A DNA stretch of 64,000 nucleotides from Pseudomonadota bacterium. GTDB lineage: Bacteria > Pseudomonadota > Alphaproteobacteria > Geminicoccales > Geminicoccaceae. The stretch covers positions 1,436 to 65,435 of the forward strand of contig JAUQQO010000055.1 of assembly GCA_030549795.1 (NCBI GenBank), read 5' to 3'. Within the stretch, counting starts at the first letter, position 1. Every line of letters starts with the position of its first letter. Both the position numbers and the translations under genes were made by a program. This document shows positions 1 to 8,078 of this stretch, piece by piece. Under the pieces are notes generated by a model. That model did not search any database and was not told the DNA's origin. It was given only the letters and a program-made list of their open reading frames with translations.

Positions 1-420
1 GCTCGGCACGCCCTGCGGCGCTTTTGTTTTTGGGCGAGAGCGCGTCGGGACGAGCCCCCCTTCACCGAGGGCTTTGCTTCCTTCACGCAGGAGCGGTCAT
101 AAGTCCGCAAAAGATCCGCGCGCTTTCCGCTGCTTTTTCGTGCGCGCTTGCGAGCCTTATCAGCGGCTGATCGCCCTACCCGCAGCTCTCGAGAGCCGTT
201 TGAAGGTTCTTGGCATTGGGCATGGGCTCTCGACCCTGTGCCGAGGCGCCGCGGCGCAGCGCGCCAGCAAGGAGCGGGGGATCGCCTTTATCGGATCGCA
301 GCGGGGGCAACGGCGCGTCGGGGGTTCGCCGGACAGGGATCGGCGGTTTTCTTGCTGGGCGGTGCGGGGCCGGGGGCTATGCGGCGGCCGCGCGGGCGGC
401 TCAGCGTTCGAGTTTTGCGA

Positions 421-520
421 TCATGTCCCTAAAATGCTTTCAGTCTTTGCATTGTCTTTCCAAGTAAAACACTTCGAATCGAAATCGAAAGTTCTTGCGC
501 TATCGTGTGTGGTGAATTAA
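421..520 (+). promoter_or_regulatory. AT-rich island upstream of the RpfF-like gene; probable promoter/operator region with three TCGAA units (474-478, 479-483, 485-489)
   Basis: Locally AT-rich stretch (ccctaaaatgctttcagtctttgcattgtctttccaagtaaaacacttcgaatcgaaatcgaaagttc) in an otherwise GC-rich window, about 80-180 nt upstream of the ATG at 602. No convincing CDS covers it. Confidence 0.3.
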
Positions 521-601
521 CCAAGACGGCGAGAGCAGTATCGCAGACCCGCGAGGAGGGTGACCCCGGGCGCGAAGCCTTATGGTCGAGGGAGAAGGAC
601 G

Positions 602-1549
602 ATGGCCGTCTCTAAGCGTTCTCTGCACGCTTTGCTCGGTCGCATGGACAACGACAATCTTCCCAGTCGTGAACAAGCGAGCGTCCTGTCGTTCCCGCTG
701 CGGCAACGGACGCTCGACCTCGACTATCCCAACCTCGCCACCCGCTTCGAGCCCGAAACCGGTATCTTGTGGGCGCGCATGAAGCATCGCGAGCGCGCAT
801 GCTATACGCCCGAGATCATGCGCGACATGCGCGACTTCCAGCTGCACTTGCGGGATCTTTATGCCGGCGCTTCGCTCGAGGAATGCCCGATCCGCTGGCT
901 CGTGTGGGCTTCAGATGCGCCAAGGGCCTGGAGCTTGGGCGGTGATCTGCAGACCTTCACGCGCCTCATTCGCGCCGGCGACGAAGCCGGCTTGCGGGCT
1001 TATGCCCATCTCGCGATCGACATTCTCTACGACAATCTCATCAATATGGATTTGCCACTGCTTTCGGTCGCCCTCATCACCGGTGATGCGATCGGAGGCG
1101 GCTTCGAAGCGATGCTCACCGACGACATCGTGATCGCCGAACGCGGGGCCAAGTTCGGCTTGCCGGAGATCCTCTTCAACCTGTTCCCCGGCATGGGAGC
1201 GTACAGCTTCCTCGAGCGCAGACTCGGCCCCAACCTCGCCCGCACGCTCATTACCGACGGTGTCACCCGCAGCGCCGACGAGATGAAGGAGCTCGGTCTC
1301 GTCGACATCGTCTGCGAGCCGGGCCGCGCCGAATCCGCGTTGCGCGCCTTCATCGCCGAGCAAGCGCCCCGCTTCCGCACCCTCAAGACGCTGAGCCAGG
1401 TGCGCCAGCGCGTCCATCCCGTGACCCGGCGCGAACTCTTAGACGTGGTCGATCTCTGGGTCGATCTCGCGATGCAGCTCTCGGATGCGGATCTGCGCCG
1501 GATGGATTGTCTCGCCCGGGTCCAAGAGCGCAAGCGCGCCGCACCTTAA
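602..1549 (+). CDS. rpfF: Crotonase-fold enzyme of the RpfF/DspI (DSF synthase) family, enoyl-CoA hydratase/isomerase superfamily
   Basis: Motifs GDAIGGGFEAML and GLPEILFNLFPGMGAYSFL carry the two crotonase catalytic Glu positions. The C-terminal WVDLAMQLSDADLRRMDCLARVQ closely matches what I remember of Xanthomonas RpfF. The track ORF starts at GTG 560; I prefer ATG 602 (MAVSKRS), preceded by ggagaagga. Stop is TAA at 1547-1549. Confidence 0.75.
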   Translation: MAVSKRSLHALLGRMDNDNLPSREQASVLSFPLRQRTLDLDYPNLATRFEPETGILWARMKHRERACYTPEIMRDMRDFQLHLRDLYAGASLEECPIRWLVWASDAPRAWSLGGDLQTFTRLIRAGDEAGLRAYAHLAIDILYDNLINMDLPLLSVALITGDAIGGGFEAMLTDDIVIAERGAKFGLPEILFNLFPGMGAYSFLERRLGPNLARTLITDGVTRSADEMKELGLVDIVCEPGRAESALRAFIAEQAPRFRTLKTLSQVRQRVHPVTRRELLDVVDLWVDLAMQLSDADLRRMDCLARVQERKRAAP

Positions 1550-2106
1550 GCGCGCTGCAGCGCCTCGAGCCACCGCTCACCCCTTCGATCGGCTGAACGC
1601 CAGGCGCCTATACCGCACGCGATCCGGGCGTGCGCTCGCGGGTATGGCACCGCTCTGGGTCAGCAGGCCAACCGTTGGCGCGCGGGCGGTCGGGTGAGGG
1701 GCGAAGTGGCGGCTTAAGACGAACACCACCGCCCCAGCTGTCGCCTCACCGCGCTGTCGAGCGCGCGACCCCCGCTGCAGGCGTGATAAGAGCGCAGGGA
1801 TGAGCGAAACTTCCGCCGGCTCGAGCCCGCGCTCGACTCTTAACGCATTGGCGCAGTCGCCTCAGCTTTGGCCGATCGAGGCGTGCGCTCTTCTGTGGTC
1901 CCAAAAACGACAGTGGCTTTGGGCAGAACCGTTCGGGCAGGACCGTTCGAGAGCGGTCCTGCGCATCCCCTAAGCTGAGCCCGCGCTCGCGCCGCCGGCT
2001 GAGGCTCACGGCGCGATGCTGGGGGGTTCTTTTCGTTCGGTGATGCGCGCACACTACGGCAGCTCGCGGCGGCCGGCATTGCGCGTGTAGGGTTTTTTTT
2101 TGGCTT

Positions 2107-4629
2107 TTAGGGGTGGCGCGAGGCGGCAGCGCGCTCGCTTAGATAATCGCGAAGGGCGGTTTCGAGTTTGGCGAGCTCCTCGTGCAAGCGCAAAAGCTCG
2201 GCGCGGCCGCGCATGAGGAGGGCTGCATCGTCGAGACCCCGCCAGGACAAACAGAGCTCGAACACGCCCACTCCACCCATGTGCGCTGCACTCGAGCGCA
2301 ATGCATGGGCATGCTGACGGAAGGCGTGGGCATCACCCGCGCGGAGTGCAGCCTGCATGCGCTCGAGGCTCTCGCGGCTGTCGGCGAGGAAGTCCTCGAC
2401 CAGTTCTGCAAAGAAACCCTGACCATCGTCGAGTTGCTCGAGCGCCTTGAGCCGGGTGGGATCGAGCACCCGACCATCCTCGTTTGCGTGGCGCGCCGGA
2501 GGAGGGGCCTGGCCCGCAGCCGGCTCCTGCAAGGCGGCGTTCAAAAGACGATCGATGGTGGACAAGAGCTCGGCGGTTTCGACCGGTTTGGTGAGATAGG
2601 CGGAAAAGCCGAGCTTGCGGCAGGTCTCGCGCGATTCCGGGGTCGCATCGGCGCTCAAGGCCACGATCGGCGGCAGCTCCGCGGGGTCGTTGAGAAAGCG
2701 CAACAGCTTGACGGCATCGGTGCCGCTCGTGCCGGGCATGCTCAAGTCCATCAGCACGAGGTCGAACCGCTCGCGCTCGAGCCATTCGAGGGCAGCTTGA
2801 CCATCGTCCGCCAACACGACGCGATGACCGGCCCGCTCCAAGATGGCTTTGATCACCCGCTGGTTGGTGCGGTTGTCCTCAGCGACCAGGATCCGTGCCG
2901 TCCGCTGGGCCTTGGGAAGGGAGGGTCGATCGGTCGACCAGCCCTCGGGTGCTGCAAGCGCCGCGCGCAAGCAGCGCCATAAGCTCTCTTGCGGGACATC
3001 GCGGGCGAGCATGACAAGCGCTGGCAGCTGCGAAGCGAGCGCAGGGGGGCCGAAGGCGATCACTTCAAGCGGATCCCGCACTGCGGCCAAAACCGCATTG
3101 AGCCGCTCGGCTTCGATCCGTTCGCTGTCAACCAAGAGCACCCGAGGCTTGGCTATGCGCTCGAGCGTTTGGGATAGGGCCGCAAGGCTGTGAACCAAAA
3201 CCGTATCGAGCCCCAAGGCGCGCACGCGCTCGGCAATCTCATCGGGCACGGCAAGGAGCACCGCAGTCCCGAACAGGCGCGCAGCCGTTCCCTCAACATC
3301 GTGCAGCGGCTCGAAAGGAGCCTCGATCCAGAACACCGAGCCGTGTCCCGGCTCGCTCACGACGCCGATTTTCCCACCCATGAGGGTCACGAGCTCGCGG
3401 GCAATCGCAAGTCCAAGTCCTGAGCCGCCGTAGAGGCGATGGATCGTATCGTCGGCCTGGGTGAACCGCTCGAAGATGGCCTTTTGCCGCTCCAGAGGGA
3501 TGCCGATGCCGGTGTCGCGCACTTCAAAGCGCAACCAGATGCGTCCTTTTTGTTCCAGAACCGGCCTCACGGCGAGGGTGACGCCGCCTGAATGGGTGAA
3601 CTTCACCGCATTGGCGAGCAGGTTGAGAAGGATCTGGTGGAGCGACTGGACGGCCCCTTTCAAACGCACAGGCGTGCGCGGATCGATCTCGAGCCGCAGG
3701 AAAAGGTCTTTCTCTTGCGCCTGCGGGCGGATGAGGGAGCGCAAGAGAGCGAGGCGGGCATCAAGCTCGAAGGGGATTTCTTCGACGGTAAAGCGCCCCT
3801 CTTCGAGCCGTGCGAGATCGAGGATCTCGTTAACGAGGGAAAGAAGCGTGCGCCCGGCGCTGCGGATGGTCGCGGTCATGCTCGCCTGTTCGGGATCGAG
3901 CCGGCTCGTGGCGAGCAGATCGGCCATGCCGATGATAGCGTTGAGCGGCGTGCGCAACTCATGGCTCATCATGGCAAGAAAGCGGCTCTTGACGCGGCTC
4001 GCTTCCTCGGCCCTTGCGATCGCGGCGTTGAGTTTGCCGATGAGCACCGAGCAATAGGCGGGCAAGACGACGAGGGCGAGCAAAAGGGCCACATCGAGCG
4101 CCGGCACGGTGCGCCATTCCGAGTTCCAGGCGATAACAAGGGCGAACAAGAGAAAGGAAGTCCCGGCAGCGGCGAAGAGATAGGGTTTGCCGAAGCGGAA
4201 CCCGTGGCCGAGGATCACCCAGAGCAGAATGGGGTAAAAGGGAGCGGTGGCGAAGCCGCCTACCACCATCATCGCGTTGAGGCCGACCGTGTCGACGAGC
4301 ATGCCGGCGATCCGCCGGGGCGGGCGCACGCGCGGATCGACGAGAATGTGCAAAAAGAGCAAAACCGCGAGGAGAAGACAAACTCCGCTGATGAGCAGGC
4401 CCATCGAGACGATATGGTCGCGATCGGGCAAGTCACTGGGCAGGAAAAATACATAGACGGCGATGAAGAGCGCAAAAAAGATTCTGATAATCGCTTGCTC
4501 GTGTTCGCTGTCCGCGCGCTGGCGCAGCCGTTGCCGCACCCAGCGGAGAACCAGCCGCACCGAGCCGGCCACAAGGCCACGCGCTCGACGCGACTGATTG
4601 CTGCTCTCGTCTCGCGCTGCGGTGGCCAC
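2107..4629 (-). CDS. Hybrid sensor histidine kinase, RpfC-like architecture: multi-pass membrane input, HisKA, HATPase_c, REC, HPt
   Basis: 840 aa. The N-terminus has several hydrophobic helices plus DSEHEQAIIRIFF and LLWVILGHGFRFG. H-box is SRFLAMMSHELRTPLNAIIG. The ATP-binding lid is GGSGLGLAIARELVTLMGG. Receiver is ILVAEDNRTNQ...DLVLMDLSMPGTSG. C-terminal HPt is HAHALRSSAAHMGG. The GTG start at 4629 lies 14 nt after the stop of the upstream regulator gene. Confidence 0.9.
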   Translation of the reverse strand: MATAARDESSNQSRRARGLVAGSVRLVLRWVRQRLRQRADSEHEQAIIRIFFALFIAVYVFFLPSDLPDRDHIVSMGLLISGVCLLLAVLLFLHILVDPRVRPPRRIAGMLVDTVGLNAMMVVGGFATAPFYPILLWVILGHGFRFGKPYLFAAAGTSFLLFALVIAWNSEWRTVPALDVALLLALVVLPAYCSVLIGKLNAAIARAEEASRVKSRFLAMMSHELRTPLNAIIGMADLLATSRLDPEQASMTATIRSAGRTLLSLVNEILDLARLEEGRFTVEEIPFELDARLALLRSLIRPQAQEKDLFLRLEIDPRTPVRLKGAVQSLHQILLNLLANAVKFTHSGGVTLAVRPVLEQKGRIWLRFEVRDTGIGIPLERQKAIFERFTQADDTIHRLYGGSGLGLAIARELVTLMGGKIGVVSEPGHGSVFWIEAPFEPLHDVEGTAARLFGTAVLLAVPDEIAERVRALGLDTVLVHSLAALSQTLERIAKPRVLLVDSERIEAERLNAVLAAVRDPLEVIAFGPPALASQLPALVMLARDVPQESLWRCLRAALAAPEGWSTDRPSLPKAQRTARILVAEDNRTNQRVIKAILERAGHRVVLADDGQAALEWLERERFDLVLMDLSMPGTSGTDAVKLLRFLNDPAELPPIVALSADATPESRETCRKLGFSAYLTKPVETAELLSTIDRLLNAALQEPAAGQAPPPARHANEDGRVLDPTRLKALEQLDDGQGFFAELVEDFLADSRESLERMQAALRAGDAHAFRQHAHALRSSAAHMGGVGVFELCLSWRGLDDAALLMRGRAELLRLHEELAKLETALRDYLSERAAASRHP

Positions 4630-4643
4630 GGCTCGGCTTTCGA

Positions 4644-6770
4644 TTAGAACCAGCGGTTGTCGAGCATCCGCTGTTCGAACTCGCCGGCGCTAAGAGGCGG
4701 GCTCAGGAAGTCGCCCTGCACTTCATCGCAACCGAATTCCTCGAGGCGGGCGAGCTGGCCCGCGGTTTCGACCCCTTCGGCGATGACGGTAAGCCCGAGG
4801 CTGTGGCCGAGATTGATGATCGCGCGCACGATGACCTCGTCGTTGACGCTGTGTTCGAGGTTCTGCACGAAGGATTGGTCGATCTTCAGTCGACGGACGG
4901 GCAGGCGCTTGACGTAGGCGAGGGAAGAATATCCGGTGCCGAAATCGTCGAGCGACAAAGACACGCCCAGTTGATGGAGGTAGCGCAGGCTCGCAAGCGC
5001 GGTTTGGCTGTGCTCGATGATAGCATTCTCGGTCAGCTCGACGTCCAGCTGATGGGGCGAAAGGCCGGTTTCTTTGAGCACGCGTTCGATCAACAGTTCG
5101 ACCCCGCGCTCGCGGAACTGCACGGGCGACAAATTGACGGAGAGCTGCAACGGTCCAAGGCCGCGATCCAACCAGCGACGGTGCTGGGCGCAGGCGGTCT
5201 GCAGGACCCAGGCGGTCAACGGCGCAATAAGGCCGATTTCCTCGGCCATGCGGATGAACTCGCCCGGCCGCAACAGACCACGGTGGGGATGGTTCCAGCG
5301 CACGAGCGCTTCTACCCCGACGATCCGACGCGTCTTGAGCTCCATTTGTGGTTGATAGTAGACCAGGAACTGGTCGGCGGCCAGGGCTTGGCGCAGCTCG
5401 CGCTCGAGGGTAACAGCCCGGCGCGCGGCGAGGTTCATCTCGCGGGCGAAGAAGCGGTAGGCATCGCGGCCCGAGGCTTTCGCCCGGTACATCGCAAGAT
5501 CGGCGTTCTTAAGGAGCGTCTCCGCGGTACGACCGTCGGTCGGAAAGAGGGTGACACCGATGCTCGCCGAGAGATGGATCTCTTGGCCGTCGGCGTGGAA
5601 CGGTTCGGCGAAGGCCTCGCCCAGGCGGCGGCAGAGTTCGGCGGCATCGTCGGGGCGACTGATCTCGGTCTGAAGGATCACGAATTCGTCACTTCGCAGG
5701 CGCGCGATGCGGTCGGTCTCGCGCAACCGGGACGAGAGCCGGCGTGCAACCGCGCGCAGCAATTTGTCCCCCGTTTCTTCCCCGAACGCCTCGTTTACGC
5801 CCTTGAAGCGGTCGAGGTCGAGGTGCAACAGGGCGAACAGCTCGTTGCGTCGGCGTGCGCGCGCGATGGTCTGTTCGAGCCGCTCGCGGAACCAGGGCAA
5901 TGTCTCAAGGCCGGTTAGGGGATCGTGGCGGGCGGCCACACCCTCCTGTGTCTCGGCGACCTTGAGCTCGGAGATGTCGAGCGCCACCGTGACCACGCGT
6001 TCGGGCCCGCCGGGTCGCTCGGCGAGCAAGCCCTTGGTCACGGCAAGCCAGCGCAGACCCGTGGCCCCGAGCATGGTATCGAACCGAGGCACGAGCAGCG
6101 GCTGGCCGCTTTCCCGAACTTTGGCATCCAATACGCCGTGGCGGGTGGCGAACTCTTCCCCATGCACTTCGATGAGCGGACGACCGAGGATTTGGGCGCG
6201 CTCGACCCCGAAGAGGGCCTCATAGGCGCGGTTGACGAAGAGGATCCGGCCGCGCTCATCGGTGGTGCTGATCGCCACCGGCAAGCGGTCGAGTAGGACG
6301 GACACAGCATCCTCGATTTGGGCCAAAGCGCCGCTTCGCTCTTGAAGCGCCATCTCGAGCTCGGCCGCGCGGCGGGCCAACATCTGACGCTGGCGCCTGA
6401 GGGATAAGAGATTGCGCGCGCGAGCGCGGAACTCCAAATGGTCGACGGGGCTTAAGAGAAAATCGGTAGCGCCGGCTTCGAGCGCTCGATAACGGAACTC
6501 TTTGTCCTCATAGACGGTGATCACGACGATGGGGACGTCGGCGAGCCGATCATGCGCGCGGATTTTGCCGATCAGCGTCGCTCCGTCCATCTCCGGCATG
6601 TTGAAATCGGTGATGACGAGGTCGGGGGAAAGATCGCTCGTCATCCGCGTGAGCGCTTCGCTTGGGCTCGCGAAGGCGTGCACCTGGATCCCCTCCTCGA
6701 CCGAGCGCGCGAGCCGGGTCAAGATGTTCCGACCGGTCACGCGGTCGTCGATCACGACGATCGTGGCCAT
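4644..6770 (-). CDS. Response regulator REC-PAS-GGDEF(degenerate)-EAL; predicted c-di-GMP phosphodiesterase
   Basis: 708 aa. REC: IVVIDD...DLVITDFNMPEMDG. A PAS-like segment follows (RLPVAISTTDERGRILFVNRAYEALFG). The GGDEF domain has RSDEF in place of GGDEF, with RETD five residues upstream. EAL-domain motifs are intact: VGVEALVRW, ELTEN, DDFGTGYSSL, KIDQSFV, AEGVET, QGDF. Confidence 0.9.
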   Translation of the reverse strand: MATIVVIDDRVTGRNILTRLARSVEEGIQVHAFASPSEALTRMTSDLSPDLVITDFNMPEMDGATLIGKIRAHDRLADVPIVVITVYEDKEFRYRALEAGATDFLLSPVDHLEFRARARNLLSLRRQRQMLARRAAELEMALQERSGALAQIEDAVSVLLDRLPVAISTTDERGRILFVNRAYEALFGVERAQILGRPLIEVHGEEFATRHGVLDAKVRESGQPLLVPRFDTMLGATGLRWLAVTKGLLAERPGGPERVVTVALDISELKVAETQEGVAARHDPLTGLETLPWFRERLEQTIARARRRNELFALLHLDLDRFKGVNEAFGEETGDKLLRAVARRLSSRLRETDRIARLRSDEFVILQTEISRPDDAAELCRRLGEAFAEPFHADGQEIHLSASIGVTLFPTDGRTAETLLKNADLAMYRAKASGRDAYRFFAREMNLAARRAVTLERELRQALAADQFLVYYQPQMELKTRRIVGVEALVRWNHPHRGLLRPGEFIRMAEEIGLIAPLTAWVLQTACAQHRRWLDRGLGPLQLSVNLSPVQFRERGVELLIERVLKETGLSPHQLDVELTENAIIEHSQTALASLRYLHQLGVSLSLDDFGTGYSSLAYVKRLPVRRLKIDQSFVQNLEHSVNDEVIVRAIINLGHSLGLTVIAEGVETAGQLARLEEFGCDEVQGDFLSPPLSAGEFEQRMLDNRWF

Positions 6771-6825
6771 GAGGAGCTCGCAGGTTCTCGCCGGAGCATG
6801 GAACGCCCCGATTCATTCCACTACG

Positions 6826-6854
6826 AGGTTAAACGCTACGCGAAGAGATATCAA
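6826..6854 (-). promoter_or_regulatory. Candidate sigma-70 type promoter for the regulator/kinase operon: TTGATA-N17-TAACCT
   Basis: The minus strand reads ttttccTTGATAtctcttcgcgtagcgttTAACCTcg, 56 nt or more upstream of the ATG at 6770, inside a locally AT-richer patch. Pattern match only. Confidence 0.3.
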
Positions 6855-6860
6855 GGAAAA

Positions 6861-6874
6861 GGCGAAAATTCGCC
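6861..6874. promoter_or_regulatory. Inverted repeat GGCGAA-AA-TTCGCC just upstream of the candidate -35; possible operator
   Basis: Perfect 6-bp arms with a 2-nt centre, in the divergent intergenic region between the regulator (minus) and NUDIX (plus) genes. Confidence 0.25.
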
Positions 6875-7107
6875 GAAAATGCCATCGATCTTCCCCGCCC
6901 AGGGCGCCGGAAACGGCCCGGGTCCGCCCTTCGCCCTGCAACCGGCGGCGATCGGCCGCGGTTCGCTGCGCCTGCGGTGGCGGAAATCCGGGACGTTTCG
7001 GCTGCCGCGCTGCCACTGGAAGCGGTAGCGGTGGGTGACCTAGGAACCAGGATGCCAGGGCCGGCGATGGTGATCACACGGGGCCTGCGAGCAGGGAAAA
7101 CCGTACC

Positions 7108-7596
7108 ATGAGCCGTGAGCATCCGAGCCGTCCGGTCGTCGGTGTCGGCGCAGTGATCTTGCGCGACGATCGGGTCCTCTTGGTGCGCAGGGGGCGTCCG
7201 CCGCGTGCAGGCCAGTGGTCGCTTCCCGGTGGCGCGCAGAAGCTCGGCGAAACCGTCGAGGAAGCGGTGCGCCGTGAGATCCGTGAAGAAACCGGACTCG
7301 AGCTTGCGCGCATCGAACTGTTGGCGGTGGTCGATTCGATCCACCGCGATCCCGACGGGCGGATACGCTACCACTACACCTTGATCGATGTTCTCGGCGA
7401 GGCCGCACCGGGAGAGGTGCGGCCCGGCGATGATGCGCAAGAGGTGGCGTGGTTCCCCTTGTCCGAGCTCGAGCGTCTCGACTTATGGGACGAGACGCTG
7501 CGGGTGATCCGGCTCGCCAGCGAGCGCCGCAGCGGGGCTCAGTCCTCTTTGCCGTCGCCCGCGAGCGCTCGGGCGAGGTTGCAGAGTGCCTCTTGA
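7108..7596 (+). CDS. NUDIX hydrolase
   Basis: Nudix box GGAQKLGETVEEAVRREIREETGLE. ATG at 7108. The 3' end overlaps the convergent XRE gene by 58 nt. Confidence 0.85.
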   Translation: MSREHPSRPVVGVGAVILRDDRVLLVRRGRPPRAGQWSLPGGAQKLGETVEEAVRREIREETGLELARIELLAVVDSIHRDPDGRIRYHYTLIDVLGEAAPGEVRPGDDAQEVAWFPLSELERLDLWDETLRVIRLASERRSGAQSSLPSPASARARLQSAS

Positions 7597-7964
7597 TGCT
7601 TGCGGTTGGGGATGTTGGCGAAATTGCGGGCGAGCTCGAGGAGCATGCGCTGCTGCGGCATGAGCTCGGTCGGCTTCGACTTGAGCTTGTTCTCGGGGTC
7701 GGCGTCTTCGAAGAAGTAACCGATGTCGACACCGAGCGCTTGCGCGATCTGGTAGAGCCGGCCAGCCGAGATTCGGTTGATGCCGGTCTCGTATTTATGC
7801 GCTTGCTGATAGGTTACTCCGATGAGCTCGGCCATCTGCTGTTGGGTGAGGCCGAGCATGATCCGCCGCTGGCGGATGCGCATGCTCACATAGTGATCGA
7901 TGTCGAGAGCGCGACTACGCCCGCCGGCGCCGCGGCCGACGACCTTGCTCGCGAGCTGGTTCAT
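7539..7964 (-). CDS. XRE-family helix-turn-helix transcriptional regulator
   Basis: HTH_3-like segment RIRQRRIMLGLTQQQMAELIGVTYQQAHKYETGINRISAGRLYQIAQALGV. The track ORF extends to 8063; I prefer ATG 7964 (MNQLASK), which has GGAG upstream. Confidence 0.8.
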   Translation of the reverse strand: MNQLASKVVGRGAGGRSRALDIDHYVSMRIRQRRIMLGLTQQQMAELIGVTYQQAHKYETGINRISAGRLYQIAQALGVDIGYFFEDADPENKLKSKPTELMPQQRMLLELARNFANIPNRKHQEALCNLARALAGDGKED

Positions 7965-8078
7965 GAGGCGTGGACTCCGCAGGCTAGGGGTAGGTTCGTG
8001 GACCCGACTCGTCACCGATCGGATTTCGCTAAAATACAACCCTTTTTTTAGATAGCTAGCCACGAAGAGAATTTCTCA

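Noticed and set aside
74-520. A 148-aa plus-strand ORF at the left edge of the window.
   Set aside because: It has junk-like composition (Arg/Gly/Ser/Cys-rich), no RBS, no motif, and runs into the AT-rich promoter-like island. I treat the region as non-coding or unknown.
2093-2101. T9 run considered as the tail of a rho-independent terminator.
   Set aside because: I found no stable GC hairpin immediately upstream on the plus strand. On the minus strand it is an A-run, so it cannot terminate the kinase transcript. It is kept only as an oddity inside the intergenic finding.
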